A stretch of 64,000 nucleotides of DNA from Camelus ferus. Its lineage: Eukaryota. Every line of letters begins with the position of its first letter. The first letter of the stretch is position 1. The translations under genes were made by a program, and so were the position numbers. This document shows positions 46,475 to 58,545 of the stretch, in pieces. The notes under the pieces were generated by a model. It saw only the letters and a program-made list of their open reading frames with translations, had not been told where the DNA came from and did no database searches. The DNA lies in assembly GCF_009834535.1 (NCBI RefSeq), contig NC_045717.1:27156001-27220000 (forward strand), written 5' to 3'.

Positions 46475-46975
46475 AGGTTTCCGGGACCAGGTGCAGGTTG
46501 GCCACCTGGCCCCCCGGGTCCAGGCGACACTGGAACCAGCCCTCAGGGTGGCACTTGGTCCACAGGGCGCTCCTGCTGCTCAGCCAAGCCTGGGCCCCGG
46601 ACTCCCGCGTCTCGTAACTTGCCAGTCCGCCGGGGGCCTGGGTCCAGCGCACAGCCACCCCTGGGCCGCAGGCCGCCTCACACAATAGCTCCAAAACCCC
46701 CAGTGCTGACGACTCGTGGATCTCCGGGTGGCAGGGCCTCGTGGAGCTGTTTCTAGGTGCCAGGCCAGGACTCCCTGGGCTGTGGGTGGAGGCCTGCTCG
46801 GGGCTGACCTCAGGGGAGGTTGTGATTTGGAGCTCCAGAGGGGTTGTGATGGGGTGCTCTCGGGGGGAAGTGGGGGGCTCTGGGGGGATCCTGATATGGA
46901 GATCCGGGAGGGTCGTGCCAGAGTGCTCTTGGGGGGGCGTGGCAGGGGGCTCCGGGGAGGTCAGGCCCTGCAGGA
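46475..46975 (-). CDS. MADCAM1: MAdCAM-1 exon 4, mucin stalk plus third Ig-like domain
   Basis: 501 nt in frame: VLQGLTSPEPPATPP...RPCHPEIH...LELLCEAACGPGVAVRW...EGWFQCRLDPGGQV. Donor gtgagt. Confidence 0.93.
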
Positions 46976-47589
46976 CTGGAAAATGGCAGCCATTTGTTCT
47001 CACTGCTGCCCAGGCTCCCTCTCCTGCCTGCATCTCTCCATCTGGACCACATGGTTGGACCAGAACTGCTCTAAGCCCATCCTGGGTGAATTTCAGGGTG
47101 GATAGGAGCAGGGTCGGGGTCCATTGTGGCCGTTCCACCCTGAGTGAGCGTCTAAATCCCCAAGTCTCACTTTCCTCAGCTGTAATGGGGGTGGGGTGAC
47201 AGCCACCTACCCCGGGGGGCTGGCATGAAGAGCGATCCGTGTACCCAGAGCACAGGGCCTTGGGGTATTGGGAAAAGGGTGGGAGGCGGGAGGGGAGGGT
47301 GCCCCCCATGGAATGAGGAGATGCCCTGTTGTGCAGTCAAGAGGCTGAGGCCCCGAGAGGGGATCTGTAGGCTCTGCTGTGAAATCTCTCAGACCCGGAG
47401 GTCTGTCTGCAGGCCCTCTCTCTGTGTCCCTGCCTGGCCCCTTCCTACTTCTTGATCCAGAATCTTTCCTGGCCCCCATGACCCCAGCGTGTTAACATGA
47501 GTTTCAAGGTGCCCTATCAGAGAATCAACCTGTACTTTTTTAATGAGAGCCTGCCAGGGGCCTGGTGATGCGGGCAGGGCCCGTCCCAG

Positions 47590-48370
47590 ATTAGACACAT
47601 GTGGGTTAAACTAATAATAACATATGAAATGAACTGAGCACCTACTGTGTGCCAGACCCCACGTTAAATGTCTTTGTTAGTTCGTTCAGCATTTCTTGAG
47701 CACCTACTATGCGCCAGGCACTGTGATAGCGGTTATTCATTAATTCATTCAGACTGTAAATGTAGGTACTGAACACCTACTATGTGCTGGCCACTGTTTT
47801 AGCCACTGGAGACACAGTTGTGAATGGGAGCGACACGTTCCTATCTGGATAAAACCCACGGCAACAGGGTCTGTCTCTACAGATAATGGAAAAAACAAAG
47901 CAAGCACATGAGATGTCAGATGCTGACAGAAGGTGTCAACAGATCCTCAACAGACATTCAACAGGAGAGAAGGAGCTCATGTGTGTGAGTGTGTGTTGTG
48001 CGTATGTGTGTCTGTGTGAGGGGCGGGGGTTGACCCCTTGGACAGGGAGGTCAGAGAAACCCTCACTGGGAAGGTAACCCGAGGGAGGTGAGAGAGGGAG
48101 CCAGGGGAGATGTGGGTGTGGGGAAGAGCATTGCTGGTGGAACACACAGCAGTGCAAAGGCCCTGGGGCAGGACCGCACTTGGGGTGTTGGGGGAACAGC
48201 AGAGTGAGTGAGGGGGAAAGGGAGGAGGGGAGAGGGCAGGGAGGCGGTGGGACAGGCAGGGCAAGCTCTGCAGGGGCCCCTGGGCACAGGGAGAATTTGG
48301 GCTTCCACCCAGAGGGAGGTGGGAGCCATAGAAGGCTGTGGGCAGAGGAGGGGCAGCAAGTTACGGCCCA
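47590..48370. mobile_element. L2/MIR fragments
   Basis: tgagcacctactgtgtgccag repeated; gagaaaccctcactgggaaggtaacccgag...aaaggccctggggcagga. Confidence 0.6.
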
Positions 48371-48638
48371 GCACAGGGCAGGTGCTCAGGAAAGCTGTCG
48401 AATGAATAAGAAGCCACACTCTGGCTGCCGCCAGGGGACAGAGTAAAAATTGAATGCATTTTTCCCCCTGCGGTGGGTACTGTGCTCCCGCCCAGATGGG
48501 GATGCAGTGGGTTGCTCCCAAGATTCCAGAAGAGCTGCTGGGCACTGCCCATCAGGGCTCCTAGGAGCTGGGTGTTGTGACTTCACCCGCGTCCTGGGGA
48601 CACTGAGGCGCTGCCCAGCCGGGAACCCGCAGACTTAC

Positions 48639-48974
48639 CTGGAATGGGCTGGCGGTGGCTCAGCTCCAAGCCTGGCAGCCTCAGGGTGGCCTGGCAGTGG
48701 AGGGTGTGCAGGGCGGGGGCCCCCCAGGGGGGCAGCAGCCAGCGGGTCGTCACTTGGAACAGCGGGTCCTCGCCCTCCTGGGGCTCCTCCTCCACATCCC
48801 AGTCCAGGGCCTCTGCCCCCTCCAGTTCCCCATCCCCCAGGAGCAGGGACATGGAGAAGGTGTCAGGGCTGGTAGGCGGGCCAGCAGGCATGATGTTGTG
48901 GGCTGTGCAGGCCACCTCCCGGCCCTGCCCGGCCACCAGGGCCTCTGGGGTCACAGTCAGCTGGTTCGGGAAGG
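48639..48974 (-). CDS. MADCAM1: MAdCAM-1 exon 3, Ig domain 2
   Basis: 336 nt, AFPNQLTVTPEAL...EVACTAH...DVEEEPQEGEDPLF...HCQATLRLPGLELSHRQPIP. Confidence 0.95.
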
Positions 48975-49397
48975 CTGTGGAGGGAGGGATGGGAGGGGGT
49001 GGGCTGAGCCCAGAGGGTCAGGGCTGGGCCCTGAGGAAGGGGTGTGGGGGTGGGGTAGGGGGTGAGTGGGCACTGCTGGGGCACAGGGACAGGGAAACCC
49101 AGTGGCCACACCATGTGTGGCTAAATTATAAGGTGCAGGACAGGTGTCCAGAGCAGAAAGGGCAGAGGTTTGGGTGCGGGAGGTTTGGGGATGGAAAGGG
49201 AGTGAAGTCTGAGAGGCCAGGAAGGGGAATGCGAGAAGGAGGGAGTGGATTGCAGAGTGGCTCAGGAGGACCTGCAGGGCAGGCTTTGAGCTGGGGCAGG
49301 GTGGGCAATCCGGGAAGCCTCAAGGAAGAGGTGGCATAGGGACAGAGGAAAAGCAGGGCTGCCGGGTGCCAAGGCGACGGGAGGGGCGGGGGCTCAC

Positions 49398-49670
49398 CGA
49401 ACACCAGGAGCTGCACGGCCTGCTGGAAGGTGAGGTTCCCGCAGGAGCCCACGCACACGCGGGTCCCCGCAGCTGACAGCGAGGCGTTGCGCACGGAGAG
49501 GACGCTGATGCCCGCGCCCGACTGTACGGCGCCCAGGCTGGTGTCCAGGCTCCGCCACTGCACGGAGGCAGCCCTGCCGTCTGCGCAGGCCAGGCGGCAG
49601 GTGAGCTCTCGGGACTCGCCCACGGCCATTGCCACCACGGGCTCAGGGGGCTCCACCTCCAGCGGCCCAC
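49398..49670 (-). CDS. MADCAM1: MAdCAM-1 exon 2, Ig domain 1 with LDT integrin motif
   Basis: 273 nt, GGPLEVEPPEPVVAMAVGESRELTCRLAC...WRSLDTSLGAVQ...RVCVGSCG...LLVF. Confidence 0.96.
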
Positions 49671-49834
49671 CTGCGGGCAGACGGCGCTCTCAGCCCCGCC
49701 CCGCGCCCCCAGCCCCAGCCCCTTCCTCCTCCTCCAGCCGTGCCTCCTCCAAGGCCCTCCGCTGTAGGATCCCCCATCACCTCCCTGAACCTCCGCGGCG
49801 CCCCGCTTCTCTCCTGAGCCAGGTCCCCACTCAC

Positions 49835-49895
49835 CGCGGCCCTGCGGGAGCAGCCCCAGAAGGAGGAGAAGCGGCAGGAAGACGCCCTGCTCCAT
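49835..49895 (-). CDS. MADCAM1: MAdCAM-1 exon 1, signal peptide. Full CDS 1281 nt, 426 aa
   Basis: MEQGVFLPLLLLLGLLPQGR(G), donor gtgagt. Confidence 0.93.
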
Positions 49896-49936
49896 GCTCG
49901 GTCCCCTGCTCTGTCCCCGGCCCGCGGGGAGGAGGC

Positions 49937-50031
49937 TTAAATAGTGGCGCCCTGGGCTCCTTCCCGCCGCCCCGAGACCTCGCTTCCCCTCCCCCCAGCT
50001 GCTCCCCGGGGGTTTCCCGAGGGGGTTTCCC
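49937..50031 (-). promoter_or_regulatory. MADCAM1: MADCAM1 proximal promoter: TATA-like box and two tandem NF-kB sites
   Basis: TATTTAA at 49943-49937; GGGAAACCCC at 50018-50009 and 50031-50022. Tandem kB sites are known in the TNF-inducible MAdCAM-1 promoter. Confidence 0.8.
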
Positions 50032-53000
50032 ACCCTGACCCTCGACCCCAGAGGCGACAGAGAGACAGGGGCTGGGGGCCAGAGTTGAGGTGGGGGCAGA
50101 ACAAGGTCAGAACAGGCGGGCGGAGGGCCTGGGCCGATTCCAGGTCTCACTTTTAGACACGGAAGATCGGAAGATGGGGGCGGGAGAGGGGTGACTGTCG
50201 AGGTCAACTGCATGGAAATCGGAGCCAGGCCCAGGGTTGGCGCCAGGTTCGCCCCGTCGCGGAAATCTCGTCCTTCACTGCCCGCGACGGCCGCGCGGGG
50301 GCGGCGGCGCGCAGCCTCCCCTAAGCTCGTGGGTGGGGGGGTCTCCGGGGTGGTGGCTCGTCGGGGGAACCGCTTGGAAGAGGGGACCGTCAAGGATGAG
50401 GAGCTTGTGGAGGCACTGGGGTCTCCGGGGGATGATGGAGCTGAGGCCCTCCGGTCCCTGGGACGCACGCCTGATGGGACCCTGGGAGCCCCGGGCATGG
50501 AGGCCGCCTCAGCTCTGTTCCACATAGCGGCCTGGGTCTGGGGTCCACAGGAGACTGGGAGGGGCCCCCAGGGGGTCATCAGCGAGTCCTAGAATCTCAT
50601 CTTCCCAACTCCTGAATCCATCCATTCCCGGCCTCTCAGCCTGGTCCCCAGCTCCTTCTGGGCCGTTCACCACCCGGCACCCAGAGTGGATTTAGAAATA
50701 CCCTCTGAGCACGTAGACACCCCAAGACTGCCTGTGGCAGAAGGAAAAGCCAAACTCCTGGAGGCTGCCAGAGCCCCAGGACCTTAGCACGTGCCTCCCC
50801 TGCTCTCCGCCCCATCCAGCCTCCCTGCGCCCCTCCCCCACCGCACTTCCTTTGGTGCGGTTTCCTCCTAGCCCTTAGCAAGGTCTTGCAGCTGATGTCA
50901 CATCCCCCGTGTAATGCTGCTGCCCCCTGCAGTGACCCCAGACCCCATGCGCAGCAGGCATGCAGGAAGAAAAGAATGGAGGGTCTCGGTTGCCCCCATG
51001 ACCTCAGGGTGTGGCTTGTGCCTCAGTTTCCCCGACCTCCTCATAAGAGGGGGCAACCCGGCCATGGGGTCTGGGCATGACCCGCTCTGCTGTTTGTGTC
51101 TTCTCACTCAGCCTCTTAATTGTCAGAGGCAGAAACTGGCGCCCACGAGGAGGGGCCTGGAGCAGAGGAGGAGAGCTGTGGTTGGGGGGCTTTGAGGGGA
51201 GCAGGCCCTAGTGAGGAGGGCCCAGGTGTGGGAACCCAAAGTCTGGCTTCCTTGGTCCCATCCCCCTCCACCCCCTGCCGGGAAAGGCTGCACAGGAAGG
51301 CCATTCTGAGGTGCGGCCCTCCCCAGGCCGGAGGTGTGGGCCTTCTCGGGAAGCTGGGCCCTTAACCCGGGTGGGGGGCCACGGGCCTGGTGAATGGGTC
51401 TCTTCCCAGCCCCTGACCCTGCTTCCTGCCGCCCTCACGGGGCGTGGACTGGTCTCCCCAACTGCCGGCCCCTCAGCTCTAAGACTCTGCTGCTGCAGTG
51501 AGGAACCATCAGGTTCAAGACACCCACAGCTCTAAGAGGCTGAGTGCTAAGGAGAGCAGAGGCCACCCTGAGGAAGGGACAGGTGGGCTGAACAGGAAGA
51601 AGGTTCTGGCAGAGGTGGGGAGAGTCAGAGCCTGGCGGGGAGGGGAGAGAAGAAAAGGCGGGTGGAGAGACAAGAGACAGAGGGAGGTGTGGGGGGAGAA
51701 GGCCCAGAGGGGGTCTGGATGGACCCAGGACAGGCAGAGCCAGCTCCAGCAGGGACTGAACCTCATCTCCCACCTGTCTTGCCCTGGGGGACTGAGCCTG
51801 GGTGGGGGCTGAGGTCACGGTTGTATCTCCAAGCTTGGGCTTCCTGCAGTGCTAGCTCTGGGTCACCCCTTCCCGGCATCTTCCTTGCCTGGAGGAAGCC
51901 CTCAGTGGTCCCCATAGGAAGCCTCCTTCCCATCAAGGGTCCCAGCCCCACCGAAGACCCACATCCTGGCCTCCTCGCCCACCTTCCCAGGACAGCATCA
52001 GTGCTCTGCAGGGTACTCGGGGCCAAGGAGGCTCAGTGTCCAGAGAGGCCAGCGCCCCAGCCCCAGGACACGCCTGTTCCCCAAGGACACCTTCCTGCCA
52101 GCTCCTCTTGCTATACCGCTGGTCAGTTGGGGACCTCACAGCTCTTTTTCTTTGGGGTGAGCTGGAGTTAGGAGGGCAGGGCTGGATCGTTTGGAGCCCC
52201 TCCCCCATCAGGTGCCCCACCCAGCTCTGGCCCTGGAGAATCCCAGACCCAGGATGTCAGCCTGGGCACCCCTCTCTGGATCACCCCTGCCTTGGGGGGG
52301 GATCTCAGGGATAGTGGGGGAGGAAGGAGATGGAGGCTATGAGTGGTCTTTCATTAAATAGCCACACAGAAGATTTTAGAGCAGGATGGGGCTGTTCCAG
52401 TCCATCTGGTGGTCCCTAAAGTCCCCTGGGTCAGCTGGGCTGAGGGGGCATGGAGGGCTGACACCCAGGGCACCAAGGTGAGGCCAGGTCCCCAGATAAA
52501 CAACCACCGTGGGATGCCCGTGAAGACAGCCTCACTTGGAGATTCTCTCTGAAGCTGAACCCAAGTTTGGCAAATTGGGTGGTGGCTGGCTGGCCATCTT
52601 GGGGCCTTTAGAGCCCCTTGGGTCCATTTGAGGCACTGAGGTTTGAGTCATCAGGAGCGTCAAGAGGGTGGAAGCTCCGACCTGTGATGAGACGGACTGG
52701 ACTGGACAGCAGCCCCTGGTGGGGGTGCGCTCCCTGGAGAATGCGGCTGGTCCCCGACCTGGATGGAGGGCTCAGGCAGGGCCAACCTGGAGAAAGCAGA
52801 ACACGTGCGGGTGGGGGCTCTGAGGGTCCTTGGGCCACTCACCTGCCCCAGAGGGCAGGCAGGCAGGCAGGCATGTTTGCTGAGTGAGAGCTGATTTGGG
52901 GGTGCTGGCTCTACTCCCACAAGGCTGGGGACCTAGAAAGGTGACTCCTGACCTCAGGCCCCGGGGCTGTGCTGTCCTCCAGGGGCAGCTCCTGGTCAGT

Positions 53001-53444
53001 GGGGTTCTGGCCGAAGGGCTGAGGGGTGGTCCACGGACCCCAAGGAGACTCTCGTGGGTTCTGGGGGATGCAAAGGGTGATCAGGAGCACCGGGAGCGAG
53101 GGGAAGGTGCTGAAGGGGATGGTGTCCAGTGCCCAGAGAGCGGGCATCAGGGGGCCAACTGACCCCCAAGGTGGATGGTCGGGATGTGGGCAGTGCCTTG
53201 TCAGAGGGCCCCAGGCTGCAGTCTCACTCAGCTCCATGGGGCACAGGTGCACTAGGGCCCTGAGGGGGTGGGGTGCAGCCCTCACACAGGCCACGGATGC
53301 CACGTTCGTGCCCGGCACTGTGCCTGGGGGACAGGACAGCAGGGAGGTCACCACCCCTCCCAGACTCCCCCCAGGGCAGGGGCAGAAGAGGCCCGAACTG
53401 ACCTTAGCAGGTGTGTGCAGACCAGGGACCTCAGAGATCTGCCC

Positions 53445-53600
53445 AGCCCACACCCACCCGCTCGTCCACTGTCCACCACCTGTTGTCCATCTTCCCATCA
53501 TCACAACTCCTCCATCCCCGGGCCACCAGTCGTCCACGCATCCACCGCTCATCCAGCCACTCAGTGTCCATCTGTCCATCCCTCCATGCATCATCTGCCC
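53445..53600. repeat. (TCCA)n-like low-complexity tract
   Basis: Direct reading. Confidence 0.7.
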
Positions 53601-53999
53601 CCAGCTGGAAACCTCATGTGCACTGACCACACCCACCGTGGCAGCCCCGGTGTGGGGACCAGCTGAGCCGAGTGGGGAGGCCCAGCTCTGCTCCATCAGA
53701 CCCTGTGTTGTGATGGAGGTTTGGAGGGTCTCTGAGGAGCAGGCAGGCCGTTTCCCAGGGCAGAAGTGCCGGCAATAAATTCAAACAGTTCCCAAGGATT
53801 TGCTGTGGGTCACCAGCCAGCGCTGGGCCAGCTGTGTGAAATTCCAACCATGCAGTAGGCCAGCCAGCTGATCCACCTGGGAAGGCCGGGCTGGGGAAGG
53901 GACAACGTGGGGGTATAGGACAAACTCAGGCCGGGCAGAGTGCCAGCCAGGAGTGGCCACTCATCGCCTGCAGTGTACGTTTTAATTCAAGTATCAGCC

Positions 54000-54545
54000 T
54001 AAAAGCAGGTGGGAAGACTCAGTTACTGGGAAACTTTTAAGTATGTTTGGAACAACTTGGGTTTATGAATCTACTTTTTCACCTACAATTTTAGGAAATC
54101 TTACATACAGATGAAATTAAATACTTCCAGTGAAAATTAAGCAGAACAGAACACAGCACAGGGCCTGGCATGCAGTAAGTGCTCTGTAAATGACAACCAT
54201 GGTAAATACATCTTATTACTGAGGAAAGCAGTTGAAGGAGATGGTCAATAAATGTTCTTTTTGTCTAACTAGAAAGACAGAAGCTTGTGAAACTCTATAC
54301 TAAAGACACAATAAAATAAAAATCTTAAGGTTAAAAAAAGAAAATTAAGCAGAACATACATGTAAAGGTAAAATACACACTGGATATCGAGACTTTAGTA
54401 TGAAGTAAGAAGGTGAAAATCTTACTATTTATTATTACAGGTTCAAAGTGTAGTATTTTGGATTTATGTGGTTAAATAAAGCATATTTCATAAATTGATT
54501 TGTGTTACTCACACCACCCATTTCTTTTCGCATTTTCTGCATGGC
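54000..54545. mobile_element. MER33/Charlie-like hAT element split by an insertion
   Basis: gaatctactttttcacctacaatttt...gaaaatt | taaaatacacactggatatcgagactttagtatga. Confidence 0.7.
54149..54339 (+). mobile_element. Retroposed polyadenylated fragment of unknown origin
   Basis: 17-bp direct repeat gaaaattaagcagaaca at 54132-54148 and 54340-54356; AATAAA twice at 54310-54320; A7 tail at 54333-54339. Confidence 0.8.
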
Positions 54546-54720
54546 TGCTGGGAACGGAGCGGACTGTGCGGCTGGAACTGTATTGCAGCTGTGGGGAGGC
54601 TCTGGCCTTGCACTGGCTTGTGCCGGTGAGTACAGAACAGAAATGTTCCACCATGGCACCCACTCCTCCGCCGGACCCCAGGCTGAGACCTGGGAACCCC
54701 TGCTCTGCTAAGGGGTTAGG

Positions 54721-54882
54721 ACAGTGGTTCCTACCTGGCAGGGACCCTGGGCAATGTCCGGGGGCATCTGTGGTTATCACACTCGGGGCTCCTGGCATCG
54801 AGGGGATGGGGCCGGGGTGCTGCTCAAAGCCCCACAGCCGCCGGAGAAACATAGGGACCCAGTGCCAGCAGTGCTGAGAACT
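54721..54882 (+). mobile_element. MER20-like MITE
   Basis: cagtggttcctacc...gggcaatgtccgggggcatctgtggttatcac...gcagtgctgagaac. Confidence 0.65.
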
Positions 54883-55249
54883 GGGAGGTAGGGAAACTGT
54901 GCGGGTGGATGTAGGAGAACCGGATGGGCCTGACGGTAGGGTCTGCACCTGTGACATGAATGGGACCAGGGGGCTTGGGGAGGATGGAAGCCTGGCAGCT
55001 AGGTCTGGGTGATGGGGGCGGGTGGGGTGGCGAAAGTTCAGAGCCCAGTCAAGGTGGAGTTGGGGGTAGTTCTGCTGGGCAGGTGGGAAACTGGGGTTGC
55101 AGGACTGTGTCGAGGTATCTGGAGCAGGGCTCCCGGAGGACCAGGCTGGGTTTGGGGGTGCTGGGTAGGGAATGGGGCCACGGTCCAGCATCCAAGGCTG
55201 AGACTGGGAGTCCCAACTGGTCCAGATAACCTGTGGGTGCCCAACAGGG

Positions 55250-56050
55250 AGAGGGTCAGGGTCGGGCTGAGGGTCGGGGGTGGGGACCCAGGGTCAGGGC
55301 CCGGCCGGGACTCGTGCGCTCACCGCACCGCCGCCCTCGGTGACGACTTTCCTCGCCAGCAGGACGCGGAGGTCCAGCTTGGTTCGGCCCCGCATGCTGC
55401 AGCCACGAACGCAGGGACGTTCCGGCTCCCGCTCCGGCTGCGATCAGCGACACCGACTCGGAGGCCGCCGCCGCCGCCGCCGCCCACGACTATTGGCATC
55501 CCCCGCGGCCACCGCGCTGCCGGACTGCACCTCCCGGCATGCCGCGGGAGCCGGGGCGACCGCCGGGGCCGCGTGTCCCACAAGGCCGCGCGCGGCGCAG
55601 GGCCTCGCTAGCCCCGACCCTCGAGTCGCTGGCGAGGGCGCCCGACCTTCGGGGCGCACTCGGCTTCTGGGGCAGGAGCTCCTGCCTTCGCGTATTTTAG
55701 GGCGAATGACGGAGGCGTCGTGCCTCTTTAGGTCCAGTTCTGCTGCGTGGGCATTGCCGGGGCCGGGCGAGGACGCCTGAGGCCGGGGAGGCGGCGACCG
55801 TCGACGCAGGAGGCGCCCGCTGGGTGCTCGAAGGAGCGAGGTGGGGACCGTGGCTTGGGTGAGGGCTGCGGGCGCGTCTGGAGTTGCGGGGGGCGGGGTC
55901 GTGCGCTCGGATGGAGTCGCGTGCCAGGCGGCCAGGCTCCTGTCGTCTGCCCAGGGCCGAGGTGCCCGGGCCGTGAGTGCTTTATCTCGTGTGGGAGGCT
56001 GGGTCCGGGGGCCGGCGTAATGGTGCTAGAGGCCATGGTCGTGCTGAGGG
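55250..56050. promoter_or_regulatory. Orphan CpG island with divergent splice donors
   Basis: CpG-dense with (GCC)7 at 55464-55484. Minus-strand donor CG|GTGAGC at 55324/55323, plus-strand donor CC|GTGAGT at 55972/55973. Confidence 0.75.
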
Positions 56051-58069
56051 TCGTTTAGTCGCCAGAGCCCTGATGAGGGTCATTCCCTAATTTAAGAAAT
56101 AGTTACTGAGGGCCCACTAGTTGTCAAGTGTTGCTCTCTGTGCCCGGGTGACCGCAGAGACCAGGGAGCTTCCATTCTCGTGGGGGTAGGGGTGGGGTGG
56201 GGAGAGTGGGGACCGGGGAGCATAAATGTTAGGTAAACAGGCAGCAGTGTGCTGGCTCTCCAGGGCAAAAAGCTGTGCTTCGTAGCACATGCTGACTCCT
56301 GGGGTGTAAGTACTCCCCTCATGGCTAGTTTCAAGCTGCCAACGCGACGTCATCCAGCTTACAAAACTCCTGCAGACTTAAGGGTCAGCTCTTTAAGCTC
56401 CAGCCACTGCGCAGGGGGTCGAAGGTATACTCTATTTGCGGGTGATAAATGCTGTGGGGAGAAGAGAAAATGAGATGGAAGGAGCCTGGCAGTGTGGAAG
56501 TAGCGGGGCAGGTTGTAGGAGTAAGTTGGGTGGCCAGGGGGAGATGTGTTCAGAGGGGGAGGTCTGAGCAGAGACTTGGAGGAAGTGGAGAGAGTTAGCA
56601 AGCGTCTATACCAGGTAGAAAGTACAGTGGGTGCAGAGGCCCTGCGGCTGGAGCTACCTGGGGTGTTCCAGGGAAACAAGACCAGCGGGATGGATAAAGC
56701 CAGGGAGAGGGGAGAAAAGGACCTGGTCGGGTAGAACTCTCTAGGCTCCCGAACAGCCCTCTCCAGCCCCCAAATCCTCTGAATTCGAGGTCTTCCTTTC
56801 TCTGAACCTCAGTGTCCTCATCATTATAATGGCCCTCGGCAGGCATGCAGCTCGGTGCCCAGCAGAACACGAGAGCTGGTCCTTCCCTGCCTGGCTTGGT
56901 CCCACGTGGAGAGCCAGCTCTTTCCAGGATGGAGGCAGGAGGGGAGCCTGGCAGGTTCGCTGTGTCCTTGTTCCAGGAAGAACAAGCCTCCCTTGTTAGA
57001 GTCCCCGTGGGACAAAGGGGCAGGCGGCCATGGAGGCGCGTGAGTCTGAATCAGGGGGCTGGCGGCCGGACAAAGGACAATTGTGAGGGCCCTGGGGAGG
57101 TGGGAAGTGACAGATCACAGGCTGGGAGGGCAGACGGAAGCTGACAATGGATGGGTGGCATCCCAGAGAACACCTGGCCTGCTGCCGCTCCCCCCGACCC
57201 CCGGTGCGGGGAGAGAACAACAGGCCATCCAATAACCCAGCTTCCTGGGGGTGCAGACCCACCTTCAGCCCCCACGGGGATTTAGAGGAGCGTGGGGGGC
57301 CTTGGCTCAGTGCAGCAATGTTGACGACAGCTCCCTCAACCCACTTCTTTATTGGGTATCTGCACCTGCCGCTCCAGGCCAGTGGTGTCCTAGAGCACGT
57401 GTCCCAGACCAACAAGCACGACGACTGGGCTCCCTCTTCTGGGTTGAGGTCAAATCCGTCCTTCAGGAGATACAAGTCAAAGCCATTCTTGACTCCTCCC
57501 TTTCTCTTTGCCTGACCACTCCCCTCTGCTCCAAACCCTCTGGGGTTCCTACCTCCCTCTGGGTAACAGTCACGGTGTCCCTGCGCCCACAGGACCCTGC
57601 CCTCACCTCTCTCTCCCTGCTCACTCTGCTCCAGCCACACAGGCCTCCTCCCTGTTCTCCAACACACCTGGCACAACCCTGCCCCAGGGCCTTTGCCCCT
57701 GCTCCACCTAAAATGCTGTCAACAACATTATTTTGCAGTTGCCCCAAATGGAAACGAAGAAGCTCATCAAATAAAGTGTGGTATCTGCACACAATGGAAT
57801 GTCCCACCCAGCACTGTGGGTCTAGGACCACACCCAACAGCAGGACGACTCACACGAGGCTGGGGAAAGAGACCTCAAGAATGCAGTGCACAGTTTGAAA
57901 GGAGAGGCCAACAGCCCTGGTTTAGAAGTCAGAATGGTGGTTACGGGTGGAGGGAAGGAGACAGCTGGTATGCGGGGCTTCTGGGGGCTGGGAGCCGTTG
58001 GGGGGGGGGTCTCAGTGCTGCTACATGGCCATAATGGGTGTAACTGCTCTGCGGGGGTTCTGCCCACCG

Positions 58070-58545
58070 TGAAGAGAAATGCTGATTCCTCCTCCACACT
58101 GCATCCCTGCTCCCCACCCCCATCTTGGCAACCAAAAATGTCTCTGGATGTTGTCCATTGTCCCCTGGGGGCAGAGTCAGCCCAGGTTGAGAACCACTGG
58201 ACTGGGGGATGGGTTCTAGACTAGAACACTCTAGATCTGCGCCGTATAGTACAGCGGCCACTGGCCACGTCCGGCCACAAGTGTTTGAACTGTGGCTGGT
58301 CCAGACCGAGGTGTGCTGGGAATGCGGAACAACCTGATTTTGAAGACTTAACATGAAGAAAAGCACGTAAAATACCCCGTGTCTAATCTTTGTATGCTGA
58401 CATGATGACATCTTGGATATTTTGGCTTAAATAAAATGTATTATTAAAATTAATTTTTCTTGTTTTCTTTTTTTGACATGGCCACCAGAAAGCTCAGAGT
58501 TACACACGTGGCTTGCATTCTGTTTCTTGTGGGCCATCTTGGTTG
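58070..58545. mobile_element. MER20-like (minus, 58070-58203) and MER3/33-like (58225-58545) elements
   Basis: cattgtcccctgggggcagagtcagcccaggttgagaaccactgg; gattttgaagacttaacatgaagaaaagcacgtaaaatac. Confidence 0.65.

Noticed and set aside
52911-53778. Overlapping 261-aa and 250-aa ORFs
   Set aside because: They run through (TCCA)n low-complexity DNA, with no recognisable domain and no splice support.
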